Origin: Oligoflexales bacterium | GTDB lineage: Bacteria > Bdellovibrionota_B > Oligoflexia > Oligoflexales > JAPPIL01 | Direction of reading: 5' to 3' | Assembly: GCA_965215515.1 (NCBI GenBank) | Contig: OZ244057.1 | Coordinates: 2,016,001 to 2,080,000 of the forward strand | DNA length: 64,000 bases | Shown: positions 10,316-20,505 of the stretch, piece by piece | Position numbering within the stretch: the first letter of the stretch is position 1 | How the letters are laid out: each line of letters begins with the position of its first letter | Notes under the pieces: generated by a model | What the model saw: only the letters and a program-made list of their open reading frames with translations | Databases searched by the model: none | What the model was told of the DNA's origin: nothing | Translations under genes and position numbers: made by a program

Positions 10316-12249
10316 CGCTGCCTCCCCGCACCCAACAGTGGCAACAACAGCAACAACGACAGCGGATAGGCAGACACGTCGGCATCGACAGTGCCGCACG
10401 CGACGATATCCACCCGATGGACAGGGTCTTGAGCGATAATATCCTGCGCGGGGGTCACCTCCCCCCGCACCGCGGTATCTGCGTCGAGCAGCCCAAAACC
10501 GAGCAACGGCACGGGGTGTTCGGTGTTGTCGAGTTTAGCTAAGTAGTGAGTTCTGTTGCGGTTATGCCTGAAAAGGTCTTTGTTCTTCTCCTTGTCGGGG
10601 TACAGCTTGTCAGGGTTGGAGCTAAAAAGAAGACGATTCTCAATCTGCTCAGCACTCAACGGCTCCGCCCGTACCGCGACCATCAAACCCGCCACACCCG
10701 CGACTACAGGGGTAGCCATAGATGTGCCCGCCTGCTTCTCGTAGCCATCGCCTGGCACGGTCGAGCAGATCCTGCTGGTACTGCTACCGCCTGGGGCGGC
10801 GATGTCCACCCACATGCCGAAGTTAGAGAACCTTGACTTACTGCCGTTCGCACCCGTAGCGGACACTGCCAGCACATCTTTGAGGGCGGCGGGATAGGTA
10901 CGTGCCATCGTGTCCTCGTTGCCAGCTGCACCGACAACCAATACTCCCTTGCCTTCGTCAGTACTGGCCTTGTGCTTGAGGTTGTTGATCAACAGTGCCA
11001 CCGCCCGTGAGCGGTGGAATTTGCCGATGGAAGCGTTGATGACGCGCACTTCGATTCTTTTCCGCCACAGCTCGTGGACGTACTTCAGACCATTCAGGAT
11101 AGAGGTATCGGTAACACCGCCTGTTCTGCTGTCCTCAGGACCTCCTGCCCCTACTCCCGTCAATACCCTGATGTTGATAATTTTGCAAAAAGGGCACACA
11201 CCAGCTATCTTACAGTTGTTACCGCCGTCCGCCCCCACCCCACCGTCAGCGGCAATAATGCCAGCCACGTGCGTACCGTGCGAACAGGAGGCAAAGCCTA
11301 CATCATCCCCGCCGCGCGGACACGCACCGCCTTCGGCCTTGTCGAGTCGCTTCGCCCAGTGAGGGTTTGTGCCCCACGGACGTGCATGCCCGTCACCCAG
11401 CTCGCCCTTCAGGGGGTTGGTGGTGTTGCAGCCGTGTCGGTCATCACCACACGCGAGGTCGTACCTAGTAGCGAGCTGTAACATTTTGCTCTTCAGGGCG
11501 GGATGTTCGTGGTCAATCCCGCTGTCGAAGATCGCGACGATCGTCTGGTTGACATCATCCCAGCTGCGATAGTTGCTGTCGTCATCCTTGACAGCTTGAG
11601 CGATGTTGCCGAAGGCATCGGCGAGGTTGATCTCCTTGTGCCACCAAAAGTTCTCGCTGCGGTGCATCTGGTAACTGTCGTATTCCCTGCGCAAGGCATC
11701 GTAGTCAGTAACATTCTCTGGTTGGGAAGAATCTTCCTCCGACTCTGAGGGGTCTTCCTCTACCAGACCAATATAGACAGGCTCGGCAAAATAAATATCA
11801 CCCCGTGCCTGCCAGTGTTGAAGGTGCGCGGCAGCCAGGGCGTTGGAGGCAAACCTGACCTCGACGATAATCCCCGTCGGCGGACGCTCACCTTGCTGCC
11901 AGTTGAGTGTGTCGAGCGGGAGAAATGTGTTGTCCTGCATGGAAGGCAATGTCACCGCACTGATCAACCTGATGTCTGTGATGCCCGCATCGTAGTGGTA
12001 CATCTCGTTGAGGAAGGGGGAGAAATGAACAGTTTCGGCACGATAGCCGACGAAACTTTCCCGCGCCAAGCCTGGCAGCGACTTGAAGAGAACGATGTAG
12101 CGGTTAGCCACAACCTGCAGCGTGTCGATCTGCTCCTGTGTCGCGATTACTACCGCGGGTAGCGAAGTGTCCCTTTGCGGCGGGGATGCGCCGCAGGAAA
12201 GTTGCCATAGAGTGCAGAAAAGAGCATAGTAGAGAGAGCTGGTGCGCAT
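10294..12249 (-). CDS. S8 serine peptidase, lipoprotein with a C-terminal sorting-like tail
   Basis: Lipobox QLSC; IFDSG, HGTHVAG, AAGN and GTSMATP motifs; C-terminal CG + hydrophobic + Arg-rich tail. Confidence 0.9.
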   Translation of the reverse strand: MRTSSLYYALFCTLWQLSCGASPPQRDTSLPAVVIATQEQIDTLQVVANRYIVLFKSLPGLARESFVGYRAETVHFSPFLNEMYHYDAGITDIRLISAVTLPSMQDNTFLPLDTLNWQQGERPPTGIIVEVRFASNALAAAHLQHWQARGDIYFAEPVYIGLVEEDPSESEEDSSQPENVTDYDALRREYDSYQMHRSENFWWHKEINLADAFGNIAQAVKDDDSNYRSWDDVNQTIVAIFDSGIDHEHPALKSKMLQLATRYDLACGDDRHGCNTTNPLKGELGDGHARPWGTNPHWAKRLDKAEGGACPRGGDDVGFASCSHGTHVAGIIAADGGVGADGGNNCKIAGVCPFCKIINIRVLTGVGAGGPEDSRTGGVTDTSILNGLKYVHELWRKRIEVRVINASIGKFHRSRAVALLINNLKHKASTDEGKGVLVVGAAGNEDTMARTYPAALKDVLAVSATGANGSKSRFSNFGMWVDIAAPGGSSTSRICSTVPGDGYEKQAGTSMATPVVAGVAGLMVAVRAEPLSAEQIENRLLFSSNPDKLYPDKEKNKDLFRHNRNRTHYLAKLDNTEHPVPLLGFGLLDADTAVRGEVTPAQDIIAQDPVHRVDIVACGTVDADVSAYPLSLLLLLPLLGAGRQRCRSSCT

Positions 12250-12341
12250 GGGCGGTTGCTCGTCCGTGTCGGTGAATCAAGTCTCGCGACCATTCTACCA
12301 GACACGAGCGCGCAACTTGAACAACAAATTTTCACAGGCTT

Positions 12342-13445
12342 ATGGGCGAAGGAAAACACGGTGCACAGACGAGGGCTTGGCTCACAGAGCTGACCACAGA
12401 GTATCGCCGTATCTGTTATTCTTTTGCGGTACGGTTGACAGCTCCGATTATCCGTATCGCCGACCTGCCGTCTGCTTGGGGGATATGGCAAGCGCAGCCT
12501 CGCATGATTACCATCGCCCACCGTCTGATTAGCGATTATCCTTGGAACACCGTTATTGAGGTGCTCAAGCACGAGATGGCACACCAGATGGTCGACGAAA
12601 TCCATCACTGCAACAACGAGCAGCACGGCGAGCTGTTCCGATCCTGCTGCCGTCAACTGGGAATGGCGAGCTGGTCGATGCGAGCCGAAATCGAACTGGG
12701 TGCACAGGTCTTCGCCCACGAAAGCGAGGCGGGTGATGTCAGCCACAGCCCCGTGCTGCGCAAGATCAAAAAACTCCTCGCCCTAGGCACTTCCAGCGAA
12801 AAGCACGAGGCTGAGCTAGCCATGCAGCGAGTACGCGAACTTTGCGACCGCCATAACCTCAAGTCTTTGCCCGAAGCAGACGATCGGTATGTTATGCAGA
12901 TACTGAACCAACACAAGCAACGCCTCAGTCGCACACAGTTGGCGATCTGCGGCCTGCTGACCAGCAACTTCGCGGTCAACGTTATCTGTGCATCGCTTTA
13001 CAATGCGGCTGACAACACCACTCACCGCACTATCGAACTGTTCGGACGGGCAGCCGAGGTCAAAATTGCCGAATACGTTTACAACTTCTTGCTACATCAG
13101 ATTAGCCTGTCATGGGACGAGGCACGCCGTGCTTTGCCCGCCTCAGCCCGCCGCAGCAAGAGTTCCTTCAGCGAAGGGCTGCTAGCAGGGTTTGCCCAAA
13201 CGCTGGCACGCGCTGCCCAGACGGACAGTGCGCGGCAGGCACACGCGCTGACCGTGCAGCTGCGCACACAGGCGGTTGACTTCTCCAAAACACGCTGCCC
13301 ACGAGTGCGGTCGGTCAGTGTCGGGAGCAGGCGCTATCGGCGGGACAGCTATACTCGTGGTTACGAGGCGGGTCGCCAACTCAAGCTACGGCCAGGCGTG
13401 GGGGAAGACGGTGAGCTGCGGTATCTTAAGGGAGGTTTGTCGTGA
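12342..13445 (+). CDS. SprT-like zinc metallopeptidase with a DUF2786 domain
   Basis: HEMAH, downstream HG--F, and KIKKLLAL--S---HEAELA (DUF2786). Confidence 0.8.
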   Translation: MGEGKHGAQTRAWLTELTTEYRRICYSFAVRLTAPIIRIADLPSAWGIWQAQPRMITIAHRLISDYPWNTVIEVLKHEMAHQMVDEIHHCNNEQHGELFRSCCRQLGMASWSMRAEIELGAQVFAHESEAGDVSHSPVLRKIKKLLALGTSSEKHEAELAMQRVRELCDRHNLKSLPEADDRYVMQILNQHKQRLSRTQLAICGLLTSNFAVNVICASLYNAADNTTHRTIELFGRAAEVKIAEYVYNFLLHQISLSWDEARRALPASARRSKSSFSEGLLAGFAQTLARAAQTDSARQAHALTVQLRTQAVDFSKTRCPRVRSVSVGSRRYRRDSYTRGYEAGRQLKLRPGVGEDGELRYLKGGLS

Positions 13446-14095
13446 AGAAACGTCTCGTCATCGTCTCAGCCCCTTCGGGCACGGGCAAAACTTCGCTCGA
13501 CCTGTACGTGCAACGCCACCATGCCGATCGTGTCACGATAGTACGCAGTTGCACCACCCGCCCCGCTCGCAGCGAGGGTACAGTGGAGAAAAGCTATCTG
13601 CACGTTACCCCGCAAGAATTCCAGCAGATGCGCACCGCAGGTGAGTTTATCGAGTGGGCGGAGGTTTTCGGCAACCTCTACGGCACAACTGAACACGAGG
13701 TCACACGTATTACCGCAGCGGGCAAGACCGCTTTATTGGAAATCGATGTGCAGGGAGGACAACAGATAAAAACTAAATTTCCTGACAGCTTGGCTGTTTT
13801 TATCCTTCCTCCGAGCATCGCGGAATTGCACCGTCGCCTGACGCAACGCGGGACAGACACGGCTGCCGCACAGCAGAAACGTTTACAAGCAGCCTGTGTC
13901 GAGATTCAGCGCGGGCGCACCTATGATTGTTTCATGGTCAACGCTGATTTTGCCACCTCTTGCACAGAGCTGGAAAATATCGTCTTGCAGCGCCATGCTC
14001 CACGCCTCACACGAACGCAGGGGATTGCTTGCTGTGATCGTTTGGTGGAGGAATTTCAGCAGTATGACTGGCAACGCACCGCGGAGGTAGGTTGA
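13442..14095 (+). CDS. gmk: guanylate kinase
   Basis: SAPSGTGKTS, TTRPAR, EWAEVFGNLYGT and LEIDVQG motifs. Confidence 0.95.
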   Translation: MKKRLVIVSAPSGTGKTSLDLYVQRHHADRVTIVRSCTTRPARSEGTVEKSYLHVTPQEFQQMRTAGEFIEWAEVFGNLYGTTEHEVTRITAAGKTALLEIDVQGGQQIKTKFPDSLAVFILPPSIAELHRRLTQRGTDTAAAQQKRLQAACVEIQRGRTYDCFMVNADFATSCTELENIVLQRHAPRLTRTQGIACCDRLVEEFQQYDWQRTAEVG

Positions 14096-14186
14096 AAAAA
14101 ATATCTTTGTGCTCTAGACAAGGAAATAGCTACCCGCACTAAGCGTTGCCTGTGAGGGGCAATGCCAGCAGAGATGAGGTGTCGAA

Positions 14187-16421
14187 TTGATCGAGCCAGC
14201 GAGCGGTATGCCTTCCGTCGCCACGGAGGGCGGGGAAGATTTTCCTCATGCGGTGTTCGCACAACTGAAAGAGAACCTCGGCGGCTATCTCAACGACACC
14301 GATCTGGAGTTGGTAACTCGTGCCTATCGCTTCGCCGCCCGCAGCCACGCGGGGCAGTTTAGGGCATCGGGCGAGCCGTACATCACCCATCCGCTGGAGG
14401 TCGCGAACATCTTGACGATGATGAAGATGGACACCGCCTCGGTTGCCGCGGCGGTCTTACACGATGTCGTCGAGGATACCGCAACGACGCTGGGGGACAT
14501 CCACAGCTCTTTCGGCGCAGATGTTGCACAACTGGTCGATAGTCTTACCAAAATTTCTCGCATCAAATTCCGTTCGAAGCAGGAGCGTCTGGCGGAAAAC
14601 TTTCGCAAAATGGTGGTGGCGATGGCCAAAGACTTGCGGGTCATTCTGATCAAGCTCGCCGATCGCCTGCACAACATGCGCACCATCAGTGTTTTGCCCC
14701 CCGCTAAACGGATGCGCATCGCACAGGAGACGCTCGACATTTATGCCCCGCTAGCAACACGCTTGGGCATTTATGGAATCAAGAGCGAACTCGAAGACTT
14801 ATGTTTTCGGCAAGTCAAGAAAGACATCTACAGCGAGATAACTAGCAAAGTTGCGCAGAAAAAAACACAACGGGAACGCTACATAGAAGAGGTGCGTGGC
14901 ATTATCGCTGAGGAACTGCAACGCTATGGCTTTAAAGCCAATGTCTATGGTCGTCCGAAACATTTTTATTCTATTTACAAAAAAATGGTTGATCGTAAAT
15001 TAAACTTTGAAGATATCCATGACTTGTTTGCGTTTAGGATTATCGTTGCCACGATCAAGGATTGTTATGAGGCGTTGGGCATTATTCATGCGATGTGGAA
15101 ACCGATGCCAGGGCGTTTCAAGGATTACATTGCCATGCCTAAGGCTAACCTTTATCAATCGCTGCACACGACCGTGATACGGCCTGGTGGTGAGCCAGCC
15201 GAGATTCAAATTCGCACCGTCGATATGCATGAGCGCAGTGAGTACGGCATTGCTGCCCATGCTTTTTACAAGGAGAGTGTGAGTAAGAGCAGTAAGACGG
15301 ATGAAAAGACTTTCTCGTGGTTGCGGCAGATCATGCAGTGGCAGAGCGAGTTGACCGACCCCGATGAGTTTCTGGAAGCGGTGAAGGTTGAGTTGTTTGA
15401 GGAGGAAATATTTGTTTTCACTCCACAGGGTGATGTCATTCAATTGCCGCTGGGGGGCACAGCGATTGATTTTGCTTTTTCGGTGCACACCGATGTGGGT
15501 TTGCATTGTGCGGGAGCGAAGGTCAACGGCAAAATGGTGTCGATCAAACAAGAAATCAAGTCGGGTGATATTGTTGAGATTATCGCGTCGCCGCATCAGA
15601 AACCGAACAAAGACTGGCTCACCTATGTGCGCACTTCCAAAGCTCGCAACAAGATTCGTTCTTTCTTACGCAGTGAGAAGCGCCAACGCAGTCATAGCAT
15701 GGGAGGTGATCTGCTCAGGACGGAGTTGGAGGCACGGCAACTCAACTACAACAATTTTCTCACCGACGCTGAAAAAGATCGTTTATCTCGTCTGGGCAAA
15801 GAGAGTAATTTCGACGATCTGCTGATTTCAATCGGGTATGGCAAGGTCAACGTGTCCAACCTGTTGAACAGGCGTTTCAAGGACACTAAAGACGAGCATG
15901 TTATAGCGCAGACACGCGGGAAGGCGAGCAAGGCTACCGCACAAAAAGGCGTGCTTATCTCTGGCTTGGACGATATTCTAGTCAGCTTTGGGCGTTGTTG
16001 TAGTCCTTTGCCTGGGGAAGATATTGTTGGTTTTATCACCCGCGGGCGGGGTGTAACGGTGCATCGCAAGACCTGTTCACGTGCGTATGACATGGATCCT
16101 CAGCGGCGCATCGCGGCATCTTGGAAGGGTGGGAGTGACAACGGTGATGACCACCCTTGCTATTTGCGGGTCATGTCAAAGTCTCGCAAAGGCGTGCTGG
16201 CGGAAGTTACCAATGTCATCGCGGCTCACGGAGCGAACATTTTGGAAGCAAATATTCGCACTACTGAAGAACTGACCGCGGTGCATGATTTTTGTCTTGG
16301 GCTTAGCAGCATGAAGCAGCTGCAAGCTATCATCGGCAAGCTAGAAATGGTGAGCTCCGTTGTCAGTGTCGAGCGCCGTTCCCCCACCTCGCTACGGCAG
16401 CGGCGACGGAGTCGGATGTAG
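14187..16421 (+). CDS. spoT: bifunctional (p)ppGpp synthetase/hydrolase (RelA/SpoT)
   Basis: Intact HD motif (LHDVVED), KLADRLHNMRT, YQSLHT, then TGS, CC and ACT domains. Confidence 0.95.
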   Translation: MIEPASGMPSVATEGGEDFPHAVFAQLKENLGGYLNDTDLELVTRAYRFAARSHAGQFRASGEPYITHPLEVANILTMMKMDTASVAAAVLHDVVEDTATTLGDIHSSFGADVAQLVDSLTKISRIKFRSKQERLAENFRKMVVAMAKDLRVILIKLADRLHNMRTISVLPPAKRMRIAQETLDIYAPLATRLGIYGIKSELEDLCFRQVKKDIYSEITSKVAQKKTQRERYIEEVRGIIAEELQRYGFKANVYGRPKHFYSIYKKMVDRKLNFEDIHDLFAFRIIVATIKDCYEALGIIHAMWKPMPGRFKDYIAMPKANLYQSLHTTVIRPGGEPAEIQIRTVDMHERSEYGIAAHAFYKESVSKSSKTDEKTFSWLRQIMQWQSELTDPDEFLEAVKVELFEEEIFVFTPQGDVIQLPLGGTAIDFAFSVHTDVGLHCAGAKVNGKMVSIKQEIKSGDIVEIIASPHQKPNKDWLTYVRTSKARNKIRSFLRSEKRQRSHSMGGDLLRTELEARQLNYNNFLTDAEKDRLSRLGKESNFDDLLISIGYGKVNVSNLLNRRFKDTKDEHVIAQTRGKASKATAQKGVLISGLDDILVSFGRCCSPLPGEDIVGFITRGRGVTVHRKTCSRAYDMDPQRRIAASWKGGSDNGDDHPCYLRVMSKSRKGVLAEVTNVIAAHGANILEANIRTTEELTAVHDFCLGLSSMKQLQAIIGKLEMVSSVVSVERRSPTSLRQRRRSRM

Positions 16422-16474
16422 GTTTTCTTTCTTGTCATTTATGGGGGCGCGGGAGTATAGCCACTCCTCTTTTT

Positions 16475-17341
16475 TCAGTTAGTAGCGCGCAAAGTTTTGC
16501 ATAACGTCAGGGTGCGCACCAGGCCGTGCAGGTCACGCACGGCCGCTGTTGTTACTAAACCTTGGGCGAGAAAAGCTTTCTCGGTCGCCTGAGCTGTGTG
16601 GGGATTGAGTTCGATAATCAATTCTCCCTCCTCTTTCAGCAGTTGCACGGCTAAGGCGGCGAGACGGCGATAGTGAGCTAAACCATGTCGATCGGTGAAC
16701 AGTGCGAGGTGTGGTTCGTAGTCACGTACCGCGGCAGACAAACTCGGCTGTTCACGCGGCAAAATATAGGGCGGGTTGGCGACGATAAGATCGAAGAGGG
16801 TCGCGGTCGGTGGCGGGTCGGTAAACATGTCGTGCTGCACAAAGGTAATGTTATGACAGTTGTGCTGTGTGGCATTGCGTGCGGCAACCGCAAGGGCTGC
16901 GGTGGAAATCTCCCATGCGGTGACCTGACTGTGCGGGAATTCACACGCCAGCGTGATGGCAAGGCAACCGCTGCCCGTGCCGATATCGAGAATATGCAGG
17001 TCTGCGGTAGCAGGAAAATTTTTTTTCGCCGCCGTAATCAGCTGTTCTGTCTCAGGGCGTGGAATGAGTACATCCTTATCGACGTAAAAGCTTCGTCCGT
17101 AAAATTCTTTCTCGCCGACAAGATAGGCGATCGGCTCACCGCGTTGACGGCGCAGCAGCAAGTCGTGCAGGTGTGCACGTTGCGTGCGGGTTAACTTTTG
17201 TTCGCGGTGTGCATAGAGTTGTTCTTTGCGCATTCTCAGTACACGTTGCAACAAGCATTCCACATCGAGTCTCGCGACGGCGGGGACGCGCCACAGGGTT
17301 TCCCCGATAGTCGGGTGTGAGGGAAGGCGGTTAGCGAGCAT
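16475..17341 (-). CDS. prmC: release factor glutamine methyltransferase
   Basis: GEPIAY, VLIPRPETE, DIGTGSG and NPPY motifs; start placed at ATG 17341, overlapping the pgi stop. Confidence 0.92.
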   Translation of the reverse strand: MLANRLPSHPTIGETLWRVPAVARLDVECLLQRVLRMRKEQLYAHREQKLTRTQRAHLHDLLLRRQRGEPIAYLVGEKEFYGRSFYVDKDVLIPRPETEQLITAAKKNFPATADLHILDIGTGSGCLAITLACEFPHSQVTAWEISTAALAVAARNATQHNCHNITFVQHDMFTDPPPTATLFDLIVANPPYILPREQPSLSAAVRDYEPHLALFTDRHGLAHYRRLAALAVQLLKEEGELIIELNPHTAQATEKAFLAQGLVTTAAVRDLHGLVRTLTLCKTLRATN

Positions 17342-18632
17342 TAGTCGCGGCACATTGCCGCAGGTTTTTTTTGTAAACTTCCACCCCTGGTTGATCGAAG
17401 GGATTGACATCGAGTAGTGCGCCGCTGAGCGCACAAGCAGTTTGCATGAAGGCGAACAGATAACCGAGATGAAATTCATCGAGGTGCGGTACGGTGATAT
17501 CGAGATTAGGCACGCCACCTTTGCCGTGTGCTGCCTGTGTGCCTTGCACGGCAGCGAGATTGAGCTCTTGCAGTAACCTGTTGGTGGCGAAACCGAGCCC
17601 ATCGTCAGTGTCAGGGGGGATACGCAGGCGACGTTCAATACCACGTGCATCGTGAGAAGGGGCGGTAATGGTCAGGAAGGTTTCCAGCAAATGACGTTTG
17701 CCATCTTGCAGGTACTGCCCCAACGCATGCAAATCGGTGGTCAACAACATGATGCTAGGAAAAATGCCTTTGCCATCTTTTCCCTCCGACTCACCGAAGA
17801 GTTGTTTCCACCAATCGGCGAAGGCACGTAACTTGGGATCGCTACAGGACAACACCTCGATCAACTTGCCGTGGCGATGGCAAGCGTTGCGCAACGTAGC
17901 GTACTGCACCGCGGGATTTTGTGCATTGTGGGGCAGAGAGAAAAAACTCGCAGCACCGCGCAATAGTGCCTCAGTGTCGTATTGTGCGAGTGCGAGGGGA
18001 ACTAAACCCACCGCAGTCAGTACTGAATATCGCCCCCCGATATTATCGGGCACGGGGAAGGTCAAACAACCGTGCTGTTTAGCGAAGGCACGCAGCGCTC
18101 CCTTTGCGGCATCGGTGACAACGACAATGCGGGCGTACGCAGCCGCAGCACCGAACCGTTGCGTCAGGTAACTTTTAATCAAGCGAAAGGCAACCGCGGT
18201 TTCCAGCGTTGTGCCGCTTTTGCTGATGACCACGACCACAGGCTCGCTGCGATCGAGTGCGTCGATACATTCGAGCGTCAGCGTTTCCGAGAGATGATAG
18301 CCGCAGAAGGATAACCGCGGCTTGTCTGTTGGTGGCAGGTAACTGTGGGACAGGGCTTCGTGTACTGCCAGCGTGCCTTGAAACGAACCGCCGATACCGA
18401 GCACCAGCACGTGATCGTAAACGAGCGGCAGCTTCGCGAGCTCGTCCGAGATCTGGGTGCTGAGTGCGAAACCGTCCCGTTGCGGATAGGCGAAGAATCC
18501 CGTCCATTCCCCGCCACGATAAGTGCCCGCCGCCAAAGCTGCCAGTGCTTCACCAGCCTGCCGCTCCAAGCCGCGAGCTTCTTGCACGATGTCGGGGGGA
18601 ATGAACTGCTTGTCAATGCTTGCACTCATCAC
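17331..18632 (-). CDS. pgi: glucose-6-phosphate isomerase
   Basis: GIGGS, SKSGTTLE, GGRYS, QLFGESEGK and PFDQPGVE motifs. Confidence 0.95.
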   Translation of the reverse strand: MMSASIDKQFIPPDIVQEARGLERQAGEALAALAAGTYRGGEWTGFFAYPQRDGFALSTQISDELAKLPLVYDHVLVLGIGGSFQGTLAVHEALSHSYLPPTDKPRLSFCGYHLSETLTLECIDALDRSEPVVVVISKSGTTLETAVAFRLIKSYLTQRFGAAAAYARIVVVTDAAKGALRAFAKQHGCLTFPVPDNIGGRYSVLTAVGLVPLALAQYDTEALLRGAASFFSLPHNAQNPAVQYATLRNACHRHGKLIEVLSCSDPKLRAFADWWKQLFGESEGKDGKGIFPSIMLLTTDLHALGQYLQDGKRHLLETFLTITAPSHDARGIERRLRIPPDTDDGLGFATNRLLQELNLAAVQGTQAAHGKGGVPNLDITVPHLDEFHLGYLFAFMQTACALSGALLDVNPFDQPGVEVYKKNLRQCAATNAR

Positions 18633-18778
18633 GTTCTGTCATGTTTAGCCGCGGTTTTCTTTTATCCATGCGAGGGAAAAAAAGCAACGGTGGTGTGAGT
18701 TGTCCGTCTCTTACTGGGATGAGGAAAATTTAGTTGTCTTAGTGGTGTCGAACGTGATACACTGCTGCGGAACTTTGC

Positions 18779-20476
18779 ATGGGGGAATCGGCGATGAGAA
18801 AGGCTTGGTTGGGTGCTTATCCCGCGGGTGTGGGTGAGTGCATTGATGTCGGTGAAGGGTCTTCGCTGCTCGATCTGTTCGACAGGAACTTCAGCAAGTA
18901 TGCGCCGCTGCCTGCGTTCACTAACATGGGCAAGACGATCACTTATGAGGAGCTGGATCGCTGTTCGCGGCAGGTGGCGGTGTATTTAAGCACGCGGCTT
19001 AATCTCAGGAAAGGCGATCGGGTGGCGGTTATGATGCCTAATCTCTTGCAGTATCCTGTCTGTCTCTACGGGATTCTGCGAGCTGGCATGGTTGTTGTCA
19101 ATGTCAACCCTCTATACACGTCGCGTGAACTTGAGCACCAATTACGTGATTCTGGTGCGGCTGCCATTATTATTCTTGCCAACTTTGCCCACACACTGCA
19201 GCAAGCTCTGACTAAAGTCAGTATTAAACACGTTGTTGTCACTAAAATCGGCGACATGCTTCCTCCTTTGAAGGGTGCTCTGGTCAATTTCGTGGTCAAG
19301 AGTGTCAAGAAGATGGTTCCGCCCTATCAGCTGGGTGATCACTTGCATTTCAAGCAGTTGTTGGGTTGCAGTGCCGAGCACTACCGACGACCGCAAATCG
19401 GCGGCGATGATATCGCCTTCTTGCAGTACACGGGGGGCACGACGGGCGTATCGAAGGGGGCTGTGTTGCTGCATCGCAACATCGTTGCCAACATTATGCA
19501 GGCACGGGAGTGGATCAAAGCTTCGCTGGTTGAGGGGAAGGAGACGATCGTTACCCCGTTGCCTCTTTACCACATCTTCTCGCTTACCGCGAACTGTTTT
19601 ATCTTTGGCTCGATCGGTGGTTGCAACTACTTGATTACCAATCCTAAAGACATCCCCAACTTCATCAAGGAGGTAAGAGATCTCAAGTTTACCGCGATCA
19701 CGGGTGTGAACACGTTGTTCAACGCCCTGCTCAGTCATCCTGATTTTCATCAGGTTGACTTTTCGCGGCTCAAGCTCTCGCTCGGTGGGGGTATGGCGTT
19801 GCAACAGGCGGTGGCAGAGAAGTGGAAGAAGATGACGGGGTGCACGTTGGTTGAGGCATATGGCTTGACTGAAACTTCGCCCGCGGCGGTCATCAACCCT
19901 CTTGATCTCAAGGAATTCAATGGCTGTATCGGGTTGCCGATTTCCAACACCGATATTTCTATTCGTGACGATGAAGGAGCGGAACTTTCCGTGGGTGAAG
20001 AGGGCGAGTTGTGGATAAAAGGGCCTCAGGTCATGCAGGGTTACTGGCAACGTCCCGACGAGACCGAGCAAGTCATCGTCGATGGTTGGCTGAGGACGGG
20101 TGATGTCGCTAAAGTCCTCGACGATGGCTATGTCAAGATCGTCGACCGCAAGAAGGACATGATCCTTGTTTCTGGTTTCAATGTTTACCCTAATGAGATC
20201 GAGGACACTGTCGCTCGCCATCCAGGGGTATTGGAGGTTGCCGCGGTCGGTGTGCCCGACAAAAAATCGGGCGAGGCGGTTAAGTTGTTTGTCGTCAAGA
20301 AGCACAATTATCTCACTGCCCAAGAGATTATCGACTTCTGTCGCAAGAGTCTGACCGCTTACAAAGTTCCCAAGGTGGTTGAATTTCGCCAGGAGTTGCC
20401 CAAAACCAACGTGGGTAAGATTCTGCGTCGTGAATTGCGTTCTCCACCCGCACAGGAGGAAGCGCAGGCCTCCTGA
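18779..20476 (+). CDS. fadD: long-chain-fatty-acid--CoA ligase
   Basis: YTGGTTGVSKG AMP-binding motif, YGLTET and PKTNVGKILRRELR; true start may be 18794. Confidence 0.9.
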   Translation: MGESAMRKAWLGAYPAGVGECIDVGEGSSLLDLFDRNFSKYAPLPAFTNMGKTITYEELDRCSRQVAVYLSTRLNLRKGDRVAVMMPNLLQYPVCLYGILRAGMVVVNVNPLYTSRELEHQLRDSGAAAIIILANFAHTLQQALTKVSIKHVVVTKIGDMLPPLKGALVNFVVKSVKKMVPPYQLGDHLHFKQLLGCSAEHYRRPQIGGDDIAFLQYTGGTTGVSKGAVLLHRNIVANIMQAREWIKASLVEGKETIVTPLPLYHIFSLTANCFIFGSIGGCNYLITNPKDIPNFIKEVRDLKFTAITGVNTLFNALLSHPDFHQVDFSRLKLSLGGGMALQQAVAEKWKKMTGCTLVEAYGLTETSPAAVINPLDLKEFNGCIGLPISNTDISIRDDEGAELSVGEEGELWIKGPQVMQGYWQRPDETEQVIVDGWLRTGDVAKVLDDGYVKIVDRKKDMILVSGFNVYPNEIEDTVARHPGVLEVAAVGVPDKKSGEAVKLFVVKKHNYLTAQEIIDFCRKSLTAYKVPKVVEFRQELPKTNVGKILRRELRSPPAQEEAQAS

Positions 20477-20505
20477 GTATCGGACTTAGGTAACGATGTC
20501 GGTGT

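Noticed and set aside
17342..17650. N-terminal extensions of prmC (also comM, efp, sthA, tlyA, yfcH) in the ORF track
   Set aside because: They overlap neighbouring genes or precede the family start; downstream starts were chosen.
19142..20323. 393-aa antisense ORF in fadD, and similar long antisense ORFs in spoT, sthA and queE
   Set aside because: Fully overlap well-supported genes on the opposite strand and have no recognisable motifs.
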